From the NCBI GenBank assembly GCA_965222115.1, contig CBDCTJ010000007.1:1280001-1344000 (forward strand): a stretch of DNA of 64,000 bases, given 5' to 3'. This document shows positions 30,635 through 40,522 of this stretch, in pieces. Each line of letters opens with the position of its first letter. Position 1 is the first letter of the stretch. The notes under the pieces are model-generated. The model ran no database searches and was not told where the DNA came from. It was given only the letters and a program-made list of their open reading frames with translations. The position numbers and the translations under genes are program-made. This stretch comes from Planctomycetota bacterium. Lineage in GTDB: Bacteria; Planctomycetota; PLA2; JAEUHO01.

Positions 30635-31120
30635 TCACACGACCGGGAAGTCCAGGCCCGGTGGCACCGCGCGACCGAGTTGTCTGGCCATCGCAGCTAC
30701 CTGTCCCATGTGGTGAAACATGTGCATCTGCGTGCGCATGAAGACCCACGATGGCTTGACCTCGACCGTCTTGTCGCGCCATGTGGTGACTGTGCGCGGT
30801 GTGTCCAGGTCGCGACTAGACATATTGAGTAACAACGTCTGTGTGTCTTTCGCTACCCGTGCCCGAAAGGCTTCGAGTGTGTCGAGGGATACTCGGTCAT
30901 TCTCATCCTCATCCACCAACATTTCACTGCGCAACACGCCCATCCAGTACCGCTCGGCACCAATCGCGTGCTGGAGCTGCTCCAAAATCGTGCTGTAGCC
31001 GAATCCTTCCTGTGTCTGGCGCAGCTCGTCGAGCGAAAAACTCGCCAGGTGTGCCATCAGTCGCCTAAGGCACCCGTGCGTGCGGTCGTGGATATCGAGC
31101 GCGGCGGTGTCGGTGAGCAT
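30635..31120 (-). CDS. DinB family protein
   Basis: TILEQLQHAIGAERYW and HMFHHMGQVAAMARQLG His motifs. Confidence 0.88.
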   Translation of the reverse strand: MLTDTAALDIHDRTHGCLRRLMAHLASFSLDELRQTQEGFGYSTILEQLQHAIGAERYWMGVLRSEMLVDEDENDRVSLDTLEAFRARVAKDTQTLLLNMSSRDLDTPRTVTTWRDKTVEVKPSWVFMRTQMHMFHHMGQVAAMARQLGRAVPPGLDFPVV

Positions 31121-31309
31121 GATGAGTTTCCGTGGGGATGCTGCTACTCTTGCTCCCAAGAGTATGCGTACCAAGTTTCTGACCGCCTGTTCTTGTTTCG
31201 GCGAGAATCGTTTATCCAATCGACATGTGCCTTGAAGATCGTCAGTCCATTGGTGAATTCGACCCTTCCCTTACAAGGCGCGCATTTGCCCGTGAATTAC
31301 ACTGTGTAC

Positions 31310-32941
31310 ATGTTACGAGTAATGTCCCTCGCAGTCATTCTTGTCTTGGCCGGATGCGGAGGCTCATCTTCCAGTCAATCGACACCCACGCCAACTCCTC
31401 CGCCAGTTGTTGCGTATCCCTCGGTTAATCCACCAACGCGAAACCTCGATCTCTATGCGCAAGAGTCGTTTAACTACGGGGATACTTCGTACCCGGGCGG
31501 ATTGAACGGAATGGAGGGCGCAATCGGCTTTGCGCATCCCTGGAATGATGCCGATGGCGATGTCATGGACCGCGTCATTGGTGGAAGCGAGCTTCCCGTG
31601 GCAAGTGACATGGCACCTCCGTCGGAGGGGGGACGGTCGATCCACTTCGGCACCACGAGTACTGCCATTTATAGGGAGTTCGATCGGACCTACGGTGCTG
31701 ACGGATCTAGTGTTTGGGTGAGCTATCGCTGGATATCAACCGACACAACTTCCAACGAGTCACTCCAGTTGGTCGATTTCAACGATAGCTCCGGCGGATT
31801 CGGATGTGTGATCGGTCAGATTCGAGGTTTGGCCGGAGCCGACCTCGCGGATGGCATGTATGACCTCGGAGACCACAGTAGTGGTGTGCATACCCCCATC
31901 GCGCCTCGCGACCAGGCGATTCACTTTGTTCTTCTACGGTTCACGTTTGGTCCTGGGGACGCGGACCTCGTGGATCTTTGGTGGGATCCTATGGAGGCCA
32001 CCTTTGATGCGAACTCGCCGCACGCGTCCATTGCAGTTACGGATGCTTCCTTTAGCCGAATCACGTTTCGCAGTGGGACGTCCGCCGACAGCGTGGATGA
32101 GTTTTATTTAGGCAGCACCCTTGAATCCGTGACTCAATCCGTCAATCAAATGTCGGTCTATCGGATAGGAAACAGCCTCACGTGGGATTCCCAGCCAGAG
32201 GGCATTGAAGCGATGGCTGCGCAAGCCGGATTTGTCCACGATGAGGGCTTCCACATCAACTGCGGAAACACGTTAACAAACATCGTCTCGAATCCGAGCC
32301 AAGTGTGCATTTCACCCGTTGGCGAATATGGCACGTGGGATACTGCTCTGTCGGGACACAGGTGGCACGCCGTGACGATGCAGCCATTTCGTGGAGGTAC
32401 GTCCACGCTTGCTTCGGATGAGGCCTCGATACTTGCGCTGATCGACGAGGCGAGCACCAATCCGTTAAATGCTGATACGGTCTACTACGTGTACGCCGCC
32501 TGGCCAATGCTTCCCGACTATGCTATGAAGTGGGATGGTGTTGTCGTCGATGACGATGCAACGCCCACCGTTTTAGCCCGGCAGTATTTCGATTATCTCA
32601 TGGGGCGCCTGCGTTTGTCAACCCAGTCGCGGGTCTATCTCATCCCCGTGGGCGAAGTCCTCTACGATCTAGACGCCCGATTGCGCGCAGGTGCGGTTCC
32701 TGGGCTCACTCGTATTGATGATCTTTATCGCGATGGTATCCATTTGAGTCACGACTTAGGAAGATTCGTGGCTGCGTTGACGACGTACGCCACGCTGTAC
32801 GCCACAGATCCGACCGGGATCATAAAGCCGGAAAGCTGGTATGGCACCACGGCAGCAGCTTACTCGCCCGAGTTCTACATGACGGTGTACGAGTCCGTAT
32901 GGTCTGTCGTGTCGGGCCATGAGTTCACGGGTGTTGAGTAG
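31310..32941 (+). CDS. Lipoprotein with beta-sandwich domain and C-terminal SGNH/GDSL-like hydrolase (DUF4886-like)
   Basis: Lipobox VLAGC, S/T/P linker, IGNSLT block I, IPVG, RDGIHL block V. Confidence 0.78.
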   Translation: MLRVMSLAVILVLAGCGGSSSSQSTPTPTPPPVVAYPSVNPPTRNLDLYAQESFNYGDTSYPGGLNGMEGAIGFAHPWNDADGDVMDRVIGGSELPVASDMAPPSEGGRSIHFGTTSTAIYREFDRTYGADGSSVWVSYRWISTDTTSNESLQLVDFNDSSGGFGCVIGQIRGLAGADLADGMYDLGDHSSGVHTPIAPRDQAIHFVLLRFTFGPGDADLVDLWWDPMEATFDANSPHASIAVTDASFSRITFRSGTSADSVDEFYLGSTLESVTQSVNQMSVYRIGNSLTWDSQPEGIEAMAAQAGFVHDEGFHINCGNTLTNIVSNPSQVCISPVGEYGTWDTALSGHRWHAVTMQPFRGGTSTLASDEASILALIDEASTNPLNADTVYYVYAAWPMLPDYAMKWDGVVVDDDATPTVLARQYFDYLMGRLRLSTQSRVYLIPVGEVLYDLDARLRAGAVPGLTRIDDLYRDGIHLSHDLGRFVAALTTYATLYATDPTGIIKPESWYGTTAAAYSPEFYMTVYESVWSVVSGHEFTGVE

Positions 32942-33743
32942 TTCTTCCTGGATCGGTCCGCGCTGGCGAGTACACATGCGCCGTCATTTGGTGGAGAACC
33001 GAGAATGAATCTCCAGTCAACGTTCGTAGTAGTGCGTCATGCTCTTTGTCAAACGCTTCAATCTGTGCGGACGGGAGTGAAGCACCAATGCCACGGCAAG
33101 CCAAGAATCGACCTCGCCAAGCGTCTCGCGTGAATGGCATGCGCCGTTCCATGACGTGATAGCACTCCAATTTCAGCGTACTGAGCGCCCAGTCAAACAT
33201 CGGAGGCAATACGCCATCGTAGTTTGCCGCGCTCCACGAAGGATTGTGCTTGAGTACGAGTTCTTCGGATGCCTGTGCAATCGCGTCGCGCTGGGGCAGC
33301 CACAAGAGGTGCGTGAGCACCAGCCGTCCGTTTGGCGCAAGAACATCCAGCACTTTTGGCAGGAGAGCATTTGCGTCGAAGTAGAGCCAGCTTTGGCCGG
33401 CGGAGACAAGATCAAAGCACCCAGGAGGGAACGCAATGTCCTCCGCCTTGCTCTCAAGGTAGTCGATCTCGAGACCCGCCTCAGCGGTGAGCGCCTTTGC
33501 CATTCGAATCTGGGCACGTGATACGTCGACGCCAGTAACGCGTGCCCCTCGAGCGGCAAAGGCGCGAGCAAGCACGCCCGTGCCTGTGCCAAGGTCAAGA
33601 ACGCGTTGGCCCGGAGTCCCAACACCGAGTGTTACGAGTCGATCAAAGAACTCGTCTGGATAGCCGGGACGGTACTTGGCGTAGGCCTCTGAGGTTCTTC
33701 CCCAGTCTATGGGTTGTCCGCCATCTATCGGGTGCCTTGTCAT
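32925..33743 (-). CDS. Class I SAM-dependent methyltransferase
   Basis: YAKYRPGYP, VLDLGTGTG, VTGVDVS, FDLVSAGQ. Confidence 0.93.
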   Translation of the reverse strand: MTRHPIDGGQPIDWGRTSEAYAKYRPGYPDEFFDRLVTLGVGTPGQRVLDLGTGTGVLARAFAARGARVTGVDVSRAQIRMAKALTAEAGLEIDYLESKAEDIAFPPGCFDLVSAGQSWLYFDANALLPKVLDVLAPNGRLVLTHLLWLPQRDAIAQASEELVLKHNPSWSAANYDGVLPPMFDWALSTLKLECYHVMERRMPFTRDAWRGRFLACRGIGASLPSAQIEAFDKEHDALLRTLTGDSFSVLHQMTAHVYSPARTDPGRTTQHP

Positions 33744-33831
33744 CTAAGTGCCTGCGTTCGAGGAAGTTGCTGAATACCATGAGTCCGTGCTGGCGAGAGG
33801 GGCTGTGAATATACAACGAGTAGAATTTTCT

Positions 33832-33859
33832 TTGACAGCCGCGCACGTGAACATAGCTT
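33832..33859 (+). promoter_or_regulatory. Putative sigma70 promoter of the methionine operon
   Basis: TTGACA-N16-TAGCTT about 30 nt upstream of the riboswitch. Confidence 0.55.
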
Positions 33860-33887
33860 CCCGCACTCACGTAACCAACAACCCCGA

Positions 33888-34040
33888 TTGCATCAAGAGT
33901 TCTGAGGCGCTTTGCGCCTTAGGCGGCAACCGAGTGAGCTTCGCTCGCCACGGTGCCGAGGTCATCCCAACATTTGGGACCGATGCGGGCCGGGTCGATG
34001 GGGCAGGCGCCTCGTTGATCGGGTCAAAAACGACGCTCGT
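33888..34040 (+). ncRNA. SAM-I clan riboswitch, SAM-I/IV-like
   Basis: P1 GCATC/GATGC, ATCAAGAG junction, simple P2 hairpin CTGAGGCGC-TTT-GCGCCTTAG, P3 GGCAACC...ACGGTGCC, P4 hairpin and 3' P5 hairpin; lies directly upstream of Met biosynthesis genes. Confidence 0.85.
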
Positions 34041-34092
34041 CGTCGCGCACTGCCCTACCTAGTTCTTGATGTCGAGGCCAGGAGCCATCGAC

Positions 34093-35319
34093 ATGAACCA
34101 AGCACATTATCAGCCGCCGTTCCCCTCTTCCGCCCACACGATTTGTAGTCACGCGGGCATTGGGTTGAACGACGGTGAACCCCTTGTGGGCCCCATCGCC
34201 CAATCCACAACGTACTGCCGTGACGGCGTCGGAAGTGATCCGGCGCATCAGTATTCGCGGGTGTCCAATCCCAACGTGTCCGCCCTGGAGCACACGCTCG
34301 CCACACTCGAGCAAGCCGCTGAAGCCGTTTGCTTTGCCAACGGACTCGCGGCAGAAACCGCGCTGCTCCTAAGTCTCTTGAAGGCCGGCGATCATTGGAT
34401 CTGCGGTCGATCGGTGTATGGCGGTACGACGCGACTGGGCCAGCAAGTGCTTCCCGATTTCGGGATTGAGACGACCTTTGTTGACACCACCGTACCTGCC
34501 CGTGTGCGGTCCGCGCTACGCCCCAACACGAAGCTGGTGCTCATTGAGACGCCCTCCAATCCCACTCTCGAGATGAGCGACATAACGAAAATTGCACGCA
34601 TCGCGCATGAGGCCGGGGCGCTGCTCGCGGTCGACAATACGTTCCTGACGTCCGTGCTCCAACAGCCGCTTGAACTTGGAGCCGACATCTCGGTGTACTC
34701 CACGACCAAGCTCATGGAGGGACACTCGGTTGCCTTGGGAGGCGCAGTCGTATGCAACTGTGGAGGCCTTGCGGATCGTCTGCGATTTATACGCAAGTGT
34801 ACCGGTTCCATACTTTCGCCATTCAACGCATGGCTCACCGCGAACGGCATCAAAACGCTACCGGTGCGCATTGCGCGGCAATCTGCGTCGGCGCGCGAGA
34901 TTGCTATTGCCCTCAGTGAACAAGAAGGCGTGCGACGCGTCTGCTATCCAACCCTGTATACGGGGGAGACGTTCGACATTGCCTTGCGGCAGCACCGCGG
35001 CGCCCATGGTGCCGTTGTGAGCTTCGAGCTGCAAGGCGGTGCGTCGGCGGCGAGGTTGTTTGCGCGGGCACTCTCTTCCATTCGACTGGTGGAGCACGTG
35101 GGATCGGTGGAGACGCTCCTAACTCACCCGGCTTCCATGACGCACGGCGACGTGCCGCAAAACGAACGCCTGGCCGCTGGCGTTTCCGATGGACTCCTAA
35201 GGCTCTCGGTTGGGCTTGAAGATCCCAGCGCGATTCTGCTTGACTTGACCCGTGGACTCCAGGCGACAGGCGTGGCCGGACAGTCAGCGTCCTGTGAGGA
35301 GGCATCCTCATGCGTGTAG
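34093..35319 (+). CDS. metB: Cys/Met metabolism PLP enzyme (cystathionine gamma-synthase-like)
   Basis: YSRVSNPN, YGGT, ETPSNP, VDNTF, YSTTKLMEGHS (PLP Lys), LRLSVGLED; AGGAG SD before ATG 34093. Confidence 0.88.
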   Translation: MNQAHYQPPFPSSAHTICSHAGIGLNDGEPLVGPIAQSTTYCRDGVGSDPAHQYSRVSNPNVSALEHTLATLEQAAEAVCFANGLAAETALLLSLLKAGDHWICGRSVYGGTTRLGQQVLPDFGIETTFVDTTVPARVRSALRPNTKLVLIETPSNPTLEMSDITKIARIAHEAGALLAVDNTFLTSVLQQPLELGADISVYSTTKLMEGHSVALGGAVVCNCGGLADRLRFIRKCTGSILSPFNAWLTANGIKTLPVRIARQSASAREIAIALSEQEGVRRVCYPTLYTGETFDIALRQHRGAHGAVVSFELQGGASAARLFARALSSIRLVEHVGSVETLLTHPASMTHGDVPQNERLAAGVSDGLLRLSVGLEDPSAILLDLTRGLQATGVAGQSASCEEASSCV

Positions 35320-37037
35320 TACCAACCATTGTTCTGAAATTCGGTGGATCGGTGCTTGGCGATGAACTGCACATGCGCTCCGCCGTTCATGAGATCTACC
35401 GCTGGCGTCGCCGCGGATTGCATGTAGTGGCTGTTGTTTCCGCACTGGCAGGCAGAACGGATGAGTTACTTGCCAAGTGCGCGCGGCTCTACCGACGTCG
35501 TTCGCCAGAGACGGAGGCGGTGGTCGCGGCTACCGGGGAATTTGAGAGTGCGGCGCTCTTGGGTCTTCATCTGAATCGTGCTGGCCTCTCGGCAACGGTG
35601 CTAACGCCAGCGTCAATCGGCTTTCGTGCAACCGGCTCGGCGCTTAATGCCTCGCCCGTCGAGCTGGATCGAGAGAAGATTGTTCGCGCGCTCAATCGGT
35701 CGGGTGTCGTTGTGCTACCCGGCTATGTGGCTATGGGTTCGATGGGTGAAACGGTTGTATTGGGGCGAGGTGGCTCCGACCTCACAGCGCTCTATGTGGC
35801 CCATGCACTCGACGACTGTCGCTGTCGCCTCATCAAAGATGTTCAGGGCCTCTACGACCGAGATCCCGACAGGGAGGGAGCACGCGCGAATCTCTATGAA
35901 CTCGCCACCTACGAAGACGCGCTTGCCACCGACGGATCGATTCTCCAGCACAAAGCCGTCAGATTTGCCCGTGACGTCGGGCTGTCGTTTGAAGTGAGTC
36001 GCCTTGGTGGGCGGGCGCATTCCACGATTGGGAGTTTTAAGACACGATTTCGAACGACTCTGGAGCAGTCGCGTCCGTTGCGCGTTGCGCTACTTGGCCA
36101 TGGCACGGTGGGTGCTGGCGTTTTCAATCTACTTCAGCAACAGCGTTCGAGATTCGAGATCGTTTGCGTGACGGTTCGTGCGCCGAGCAAGCACGGCGCG
36201 CTCGCCAATATGGGTGTGCGCATCCATACCGATGCCAATCGAGCCGTTATGGAAGACATCGATGTAGTCATCGAGGTCATGGGCGGCACATCAGTGGCTT
36301 GCTACGCTGTTGAAGCTGCGCTGAAACGAGGCGTGCACGTGGTTACGGCCAACAAAGCGCTGCTTGCGGAGCATGGGGATACTCTTGCAGCGCTCGCACG
36401 AACCCATGGCGCTTCGTTGCTTGCTTCCGCGTCGGTGGGGGCCTCCGCCACCGTTCTTGAAGCGCTCGACTGGAACCCGAGCGCCAAGGTTAAATCGGTG
36501 CGCGCCGTACTCAATGGAACGGCCAACTACGTACTAAACGCCGTGGCTCGCGGGGTCCCGTTCGACGCATCGGTGTCCAAAGCGCAGGCGCTTGGCTTTG
36601 CCGAGTTGGATCCTTCGCGCGACTTGGACGGACTAGATGCGGCCGACAAACTCCGCGTCCTTGCACGTGCGCTTCATCTCGACGTGCCGACGGTTGTTTC
36701 CATCCCCCGCGATCCGTTGTGTGACGGCCTAGCCAGCGCATGCGCGTTGGAGCAGACGTTGCGCCAAGTTGCAACGCTTGAGCGCAGGGGAACCAAGGCG
36801 CACTGTGCGGTGAGGATCGAACCCGTTACCTCCGATGATCCCCTCGCGTGTCTTGCGGATGAGGAAAATGCGGCCGTGATCACTTGGAATGACGGCACAC
36901 GTCGCATCGTGCGAGGTGCAGGGGCTGGACGTTGGCCCACGGCGGAATCGGTCGTGGGTGATCTGATGGATCTTGCGAGACAGCGCGGCGCAGACTTGCA
37001 TGAGGAAGTTGCGTTGCGTCTGCCTCTGGTGGTCTAG
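35310..37037 (+). CDS. Aspartate kinase-homoserine dehydrogenase fusion lacking ACT domains
   Basis: LKFGGS, VVSAL, LGRGGSDLTA, KDVQGLY, then LGHGTVG, VVTANKA, NGTANY, GFAELDP..DLDGLDAADK, GAGAG..PTA. Confidence 0.9.
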   Translation: MRVVPTIVLKFGGSVLGDELHMRSAVHEIYRWRRRGLHVVAVVSALAGRTDELLAKCARLYRRRSPETEAVVAATGEFESAALLGLHLNRAGLSATVLTPASIGFRATGSALNASPVELDREKIVRALNRSGVVVLPGYVAMGSMGETVVLGRGGSDLTALYVAHALDDCRCRLIKDVQGLYDRDPDREGARANLYELATYEDALATDGSILQHKAVRFARDVGLSFEVSRLGGRAHSTIGSFKTRFRTTLEQSRPLRVALLGHGTVGAGVFNLLQQQRSRFEIVCVTVRAPSKHGALANMGVRIHTDANRAVMEDIDVVIEVMGGTSVACYAVEAALKRGVHVVTANKALLAEHGDTLAALARTHGASLLASASVGASATVLEALDWNPSAKVKSVRAVLNGTANYVLNAVARGVPFDASVSKAQALGFAELDPSRDLDGLDAADKLRVLARALHLDVPTVVSIPRDPLCDGLASACALEQTLRQVATLERRGTKAHCAVRIEPVTSDDPLACLADEENAAVITWNDGTRRIVRGAGAGRWPTAESVVGDLMDLARQRGADLHEEVALRLPLVV

Positions 37038-37232
37038 CAAGCGACCGTACTCAATGTAGGGTTCTTTGAGTTCTTACTCTGCTCGAAGGGTCGGACAAGT
37101 ACAGAAACGCAAATGGAATAGAGATGACTGATAAGCACGCCAACCAGAACACGAACCAGTTACCTTGAAACTCATATCGAGTGATATTGCCCATGTGGAA
37201 CGCCCTAGCTCGGATTGTTCATGAAGCGCATG

Positions 37233-37739
37233 CTAGTTGAGTCCGACTAGTTTCTTCCAGCGCTTAAGGATCTTGGCGCAGGTTCGATAGTGGCTCGCGG
37301 TGTTCATGCCGAGATAGCTCGCGAGAGGCTTCTTCTTGGTCCACGCGTAGTGGCCGGGCGTAAGCAACTGTTTGGTGCTCATCTTCTGGGCGAGGCCGAG
37401 AATTTCCTCATAGGACGCGTCAAACGCTCGTCGAACGGAGACTTTGGATCGCTTCGCAAACTTGGCCTGCAAGTCGCGATTGAGGCGGGGCGTTTCGTTC
37501 CACTTGTATCCCGGTGCCGGCATGGCAGGCGATTCGCCAGATGTGCCCTCCCGATGCCAGCGCAAGAAGAGCTGCTCCCAGGCGGTTACGTGAGCAATGA
37601 GATCGTGAACGGTCCAGTCATCGCCCCAAACACCCGGTTCCTTGTGTCGCTTTGCGAGGATGCTGTCGATCAACTCGACGAGTTCGCCGTGGTGGCGCTC
37701 GATCGCGGCAATGAGTTCCTTTTTGCTGGTGTATTTCAC
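37233..37739 (-). CDS. ClbS/DfsB (DUF1706) family four-helix bundle protein
   Basis: SKKELI, DLIAHVTAWEQL, PAPGYKWN, YAWT, NTASHY. Confidence 0.85.
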   Translation of the reverse strand: MKYTSKKELIAAIERHHGELVELIDSILAKRHKEPGVWGDDWTVHDLIAHVTAWEQLFLRWHREGTSGESPAMPAPGYKWNETPRLNRDLQAKFAKRSKVSVRRAFDASYEEILGLAQKMSTKQLLTPGHYAWTKKKPLASYLGMNTASHYRTCAKILKRWKKLVGLN

Positions 37740-37877
37740 GATCGAATTCGTCTCCCTTCGAAAACATGGCGACCAGACAGGGTGAGTCGTTTAGGCGAAA
37801 TCCGGGCCATTCGCGTTCGCTCGAAGCTTGTCTGCTCAACGCCGCTCATCTTGAAGTACGATCAGAACGGGTGCCCC

Positions 37878-38396
37878 ATGAAAGCAGCAACATTTTGGAA
37901 AACCGTCACGATGGATGGTTCAGATTTGCTCGGCAAGCTCGTCGAACTCCTTGAACGCAAGAAGATCCGATATTGCGTGATTGGCGGGCAGGGCGTGAAC
38001 GCGTACGTCGAGCCTCTGGTCAGTCTTGACCTAGATTTCGTCGTAGCGGCCGAGCAGCTCGAATCCTTTTCGGAGGATCTCGCGTCGTTCGGTGTGGAGA
38101 CATTCGCACATAGCATCATTCTCTCGCTTAAGGGCTCAGACCTCCGTGCACAAATACAAACCGACCCCAGATATGCGCCGTTCGTAGATCGGGCGGAAGT
38201 TCGCAGCGTTCTGGGAATGCCCATGCGCGTGGCGCGAATCGAAGACGTTCTTCAGGGCAAGGTCTGGGCCGCATTGGACGACACGCGCCGCAAGAGCAAA
38301 CGTCTGAAAGACTTCGCGGACATCGCGAGGATCATTGAGAGTTTTCCGAAGCTTGAGTCGATCGTGCCAGACTCGATTCGCAAACGGTTAATCTGA
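37878..38396 (+). CDS. Nucleotidyltransferase-fold protein (AbiEii-like/pol-beta superfamily)
   Basis: YCVIGGQGVNAY...SLDLDFVV, K...RRKSKRLKDFADI. Confidence 0.8.
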   Translation: MKAATFWKTVTMDGSDLLGKLVELLERKKIRYCVIGGQGVNAYVEPLVSLDLDFVVAAEQLESFSEDLASFGVETFAHSIILSLKGSDLRAQIQTDPRYAPFVDRAEVRSVLGMPMRVARIEDVLQGKVWAALDDTRRKSKRLKDFADIARIIESFPKLESIVPDSIRKRLI

Positions 38397-38425
38397 GCGG
38401 AAATTCGCGCTGTGTGAGTTCGTCG

Positions 38426-38971
38426 ATGAACACTTGGATCGCGCTACTCCGTGGCATCAATGTAGGTGGGAAGAACAAGGTCAAGATGGCCGCGCTACGC
38501 GATGCGCTTGAGTCAATCGGGCTCAAGAACGTGCGCACCTACATTCAGAGCGGCAACATCGTGTTTGAGTCGCGTACAACATCGTCGTCACGATTGAGCG
38601 CGAAGATCGTTGCCTGCATCGACGAAGAGTTCGGGTTTCGGCCGTGTGTGTTTGTCCTGGGTAGTGAAGCTCTACGCTTGACGATCGAAAGGAATCCGTT
38701 TCCCGATGCAGTGAGCGACTCCAAGACGCTTCATTTGGGTTTCCTGGCGTCGCCCGCGAAAGACGCGGACCTTGAGTCCATCGCGAACGCTAAGGCTGCC
38801 AGTGAGTCGTATCTGCTGGATGACGGTGTGTTCTATCTCTTGGCACCCGGCGGCATCGCGCGGTCCAAGCTGGCTGCGGGCCTCGAACGCTGGCTTGGTG
38901 TGGCGATGACCTCGAGAAACTACCGAACGGTCATGAAGTTGGCGGCAATGACTAAGCACCCTCTCGACTAG
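38426..38971 (+). CDS. DUF1697 family protein
   Basis: IALLRGINVGGKNKVKM, VRTYIQSGNIVF, NPF, TSRNYRTV. Confidence 0.92.
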   Translation: MNTWIALLRGINVGGKNKVKMAALRDALESIGLKNVRTYIQSGNIVFESRTTSSSRLSAKIVACIDEEFGFRPCVFVLGSEALRLTIERNPFPDAVSDSKTLHLGFLASPAKDADLESIANAKAASESYLLDDGVFYLLAPGGIARSKLAAGLERWLGVAMTSRNYRTVMKLAAMTKHPLD

Positions 38972-39035
38972 TGGCGCGAACGCTGCCACTATGGCTTGGA
39001 CGATTTCGTGGGGTCTCGACAATTGGAGGCTTGAA

Positions 39036-40463
39036 ATGAACACGTCCATACGCCCTTGGTTTGCACCCGTGTTGATGCTTGCCATGTGGTTTCCTGGCAC
39101 TGCACTGGCCAAGGAGGCGCCCGACCATTGGAATCTTGGATCCGTTGGTGTGTCGATCGACCTTGTGAAGGATCGCGTGGTGGTTACGGCTGTACATGAA
39201 GACACACCTGCGGAGGGGAAACTCGAGAAAGGCGATGTCATCGTGGGTATGGGTGATAGTGAACTTGGCAAAGATCCCATCGATTCACTTGGGCGCGCGC
39301 TTGATGCTGCCGAAAAGTCGGGCTCATGCGTTCTCAAGATCGAGCGGGCTGGGACGACGAAAGAAGTCAAGCTAAAGTTGCCCAAACTCGGGGCATACAC
39401 TGGTGCGTTTAGTGCGAAGAACAGCAAGGTCAAGAAGCACCTGAAGGCCGCATGTGAGTATGTGATTGACCAGCAACAGGGTGGAGGAGTTTGGCATAAG
39501 TATCGCGACGGGAAGCCGCATCGAGGCGATGGAATCACGACGGCGACGGTGATGAGTGCGTTGGGTTTGATGGCGGTTGACGCGAAGAAGTACAAGAAAG
39601 CAATCAAAGCGGCTACGAGCTTCGCCATGACTCAGGTGCGACCCGATGAAATGGGTCCGAACGCCACATCGGGGCTTCATCGCAACTGGCCTGTGGCTCT
39701 GACTGCGCTCTTTCTCGCAGAGCGATACGGTCAAGCAGGCGACAAGGTGGTTCGCAAGCGGCTTGTTGCCATGCTCGATCGACTTGCCAAGAACCAAGAG
39801 CCCACGGGCGGGTGGTCACATTTCCCCGGCTTTAGTGAGGGCCCGAGCTACAAGTCGCTTTCGTCGCTCACTGCACTGGCGTTGATCGCACAAGGCGTTG
39901 CCGTCAAGACGGGTATCGATGTCCATGCAGAGTCGATCAAGAAGGGCCTCGACTATCTCGAGGCGTGCATTGACGATTCCGGGGCGATGGCGTACTCGAA
40001 GGTAAACGGTGCCACCGGTCCGCAGTGCACGGGTCGTGCGTTCGGCGCCATGGCGGCGTTTCTCATGCACGGTCGAGAGAGCGAAGCGACGAAGCGACTT
40101 CAGAAGTATGTACTGGCACACATTCCAGACCTGCTCGAATCGCATCCTGCGCCCTTGATGGCCGTGCTGTTTGGATCCGTATTGGCGGGCCAATGGCAGA
40201 AATCGCCCGATAAGGCGCTTGCCGGCTTTGGAGACCAGCTTCGCGATGCATTGATTCCCTTCGTAACGCTCGCGCGCCATCCAGAGGGCTACTTCATGGC
40301 CCAGCCATCGCCTGAAACGCGTCGCGTGTCTACATCGCAAGGCAAGCCCAATGCCGATCGCTCGGTCCACGATCCGTACTGGTCCAACGCAATCATCGTT
40401 ATGTTGCTCGCTTCCACGTCACCAAAGCTCATTTGTTTGGGTGCGAAGGCGAAGCGGCGGTAG
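39036..40463 (+). CDS. Secreted PDZ + DUF6288/alpha-alpha toroid protein
   Basis: Signal peptide, WNLGSVG, TPAEGKLEKGDVIVG (PDZ), Q...GGW prenyltransferase-like repeats; GGAGG SD. Confidence 0.75.
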   Translation: MNTSIRPWFAPVLMLAMWFPGTALAKEAPDHWNLGSVGVSIDLVKDRVVVTAVHEDTPAEGKLEKGDVIVGMGDSELGKDPIDSLGRALDAAEKSGSCVLKIERAGTTKEVKLKLPKLGAYTGAFSAKNSKVKKHLKAACEYVIDQQQGGGVWHKYRDGKPHRGDGITTATVMSALGLMAVDAKKYKKAIKAATSFAMTQVRPDEMGPNATSGLHRNWPVALTALFLAERYGQAGDKVVRKRLVAMLDRLAKNQEPTGGWSHFPGFSEGPSYKSLSSLTALALIAQGVAVKTGIDVHAESIKKGLDYLEACIDDSGAMAYSKVNGATGPQCTGRAFGAMAAFLMHGRESEATKRLQKYVLAHIPDLLESHPAPLMAVLFGSVLAGQWQKSPDKALAGFGDQLRDALIPFVTLARHPEGYFMAQPSPETRRVSTSQGKPNADRSVHDPYWSNAIIVMLLASTSPKLICLGAKAKRR

Positions 40464-40522
40464 CAGTATCGTCTTCGTACGTCGTCTTCGGAGGAGTACG
40501 TCGGCATTCGCGGTAGGCAACC

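Noticed and set aside
30968-31309. N-terminal extension of ORF 30968..32941
   Set aside because: It overlaps the DinB gene antisense; the lipoprotein signal and -10 box support ATG 31310.
37290-37877. Long N-terminal extension of ORF 37290..38396
   Set aside because: It is the antisense shadow of the DfsB-family gene; NTase similarity starts at ATG 37878.
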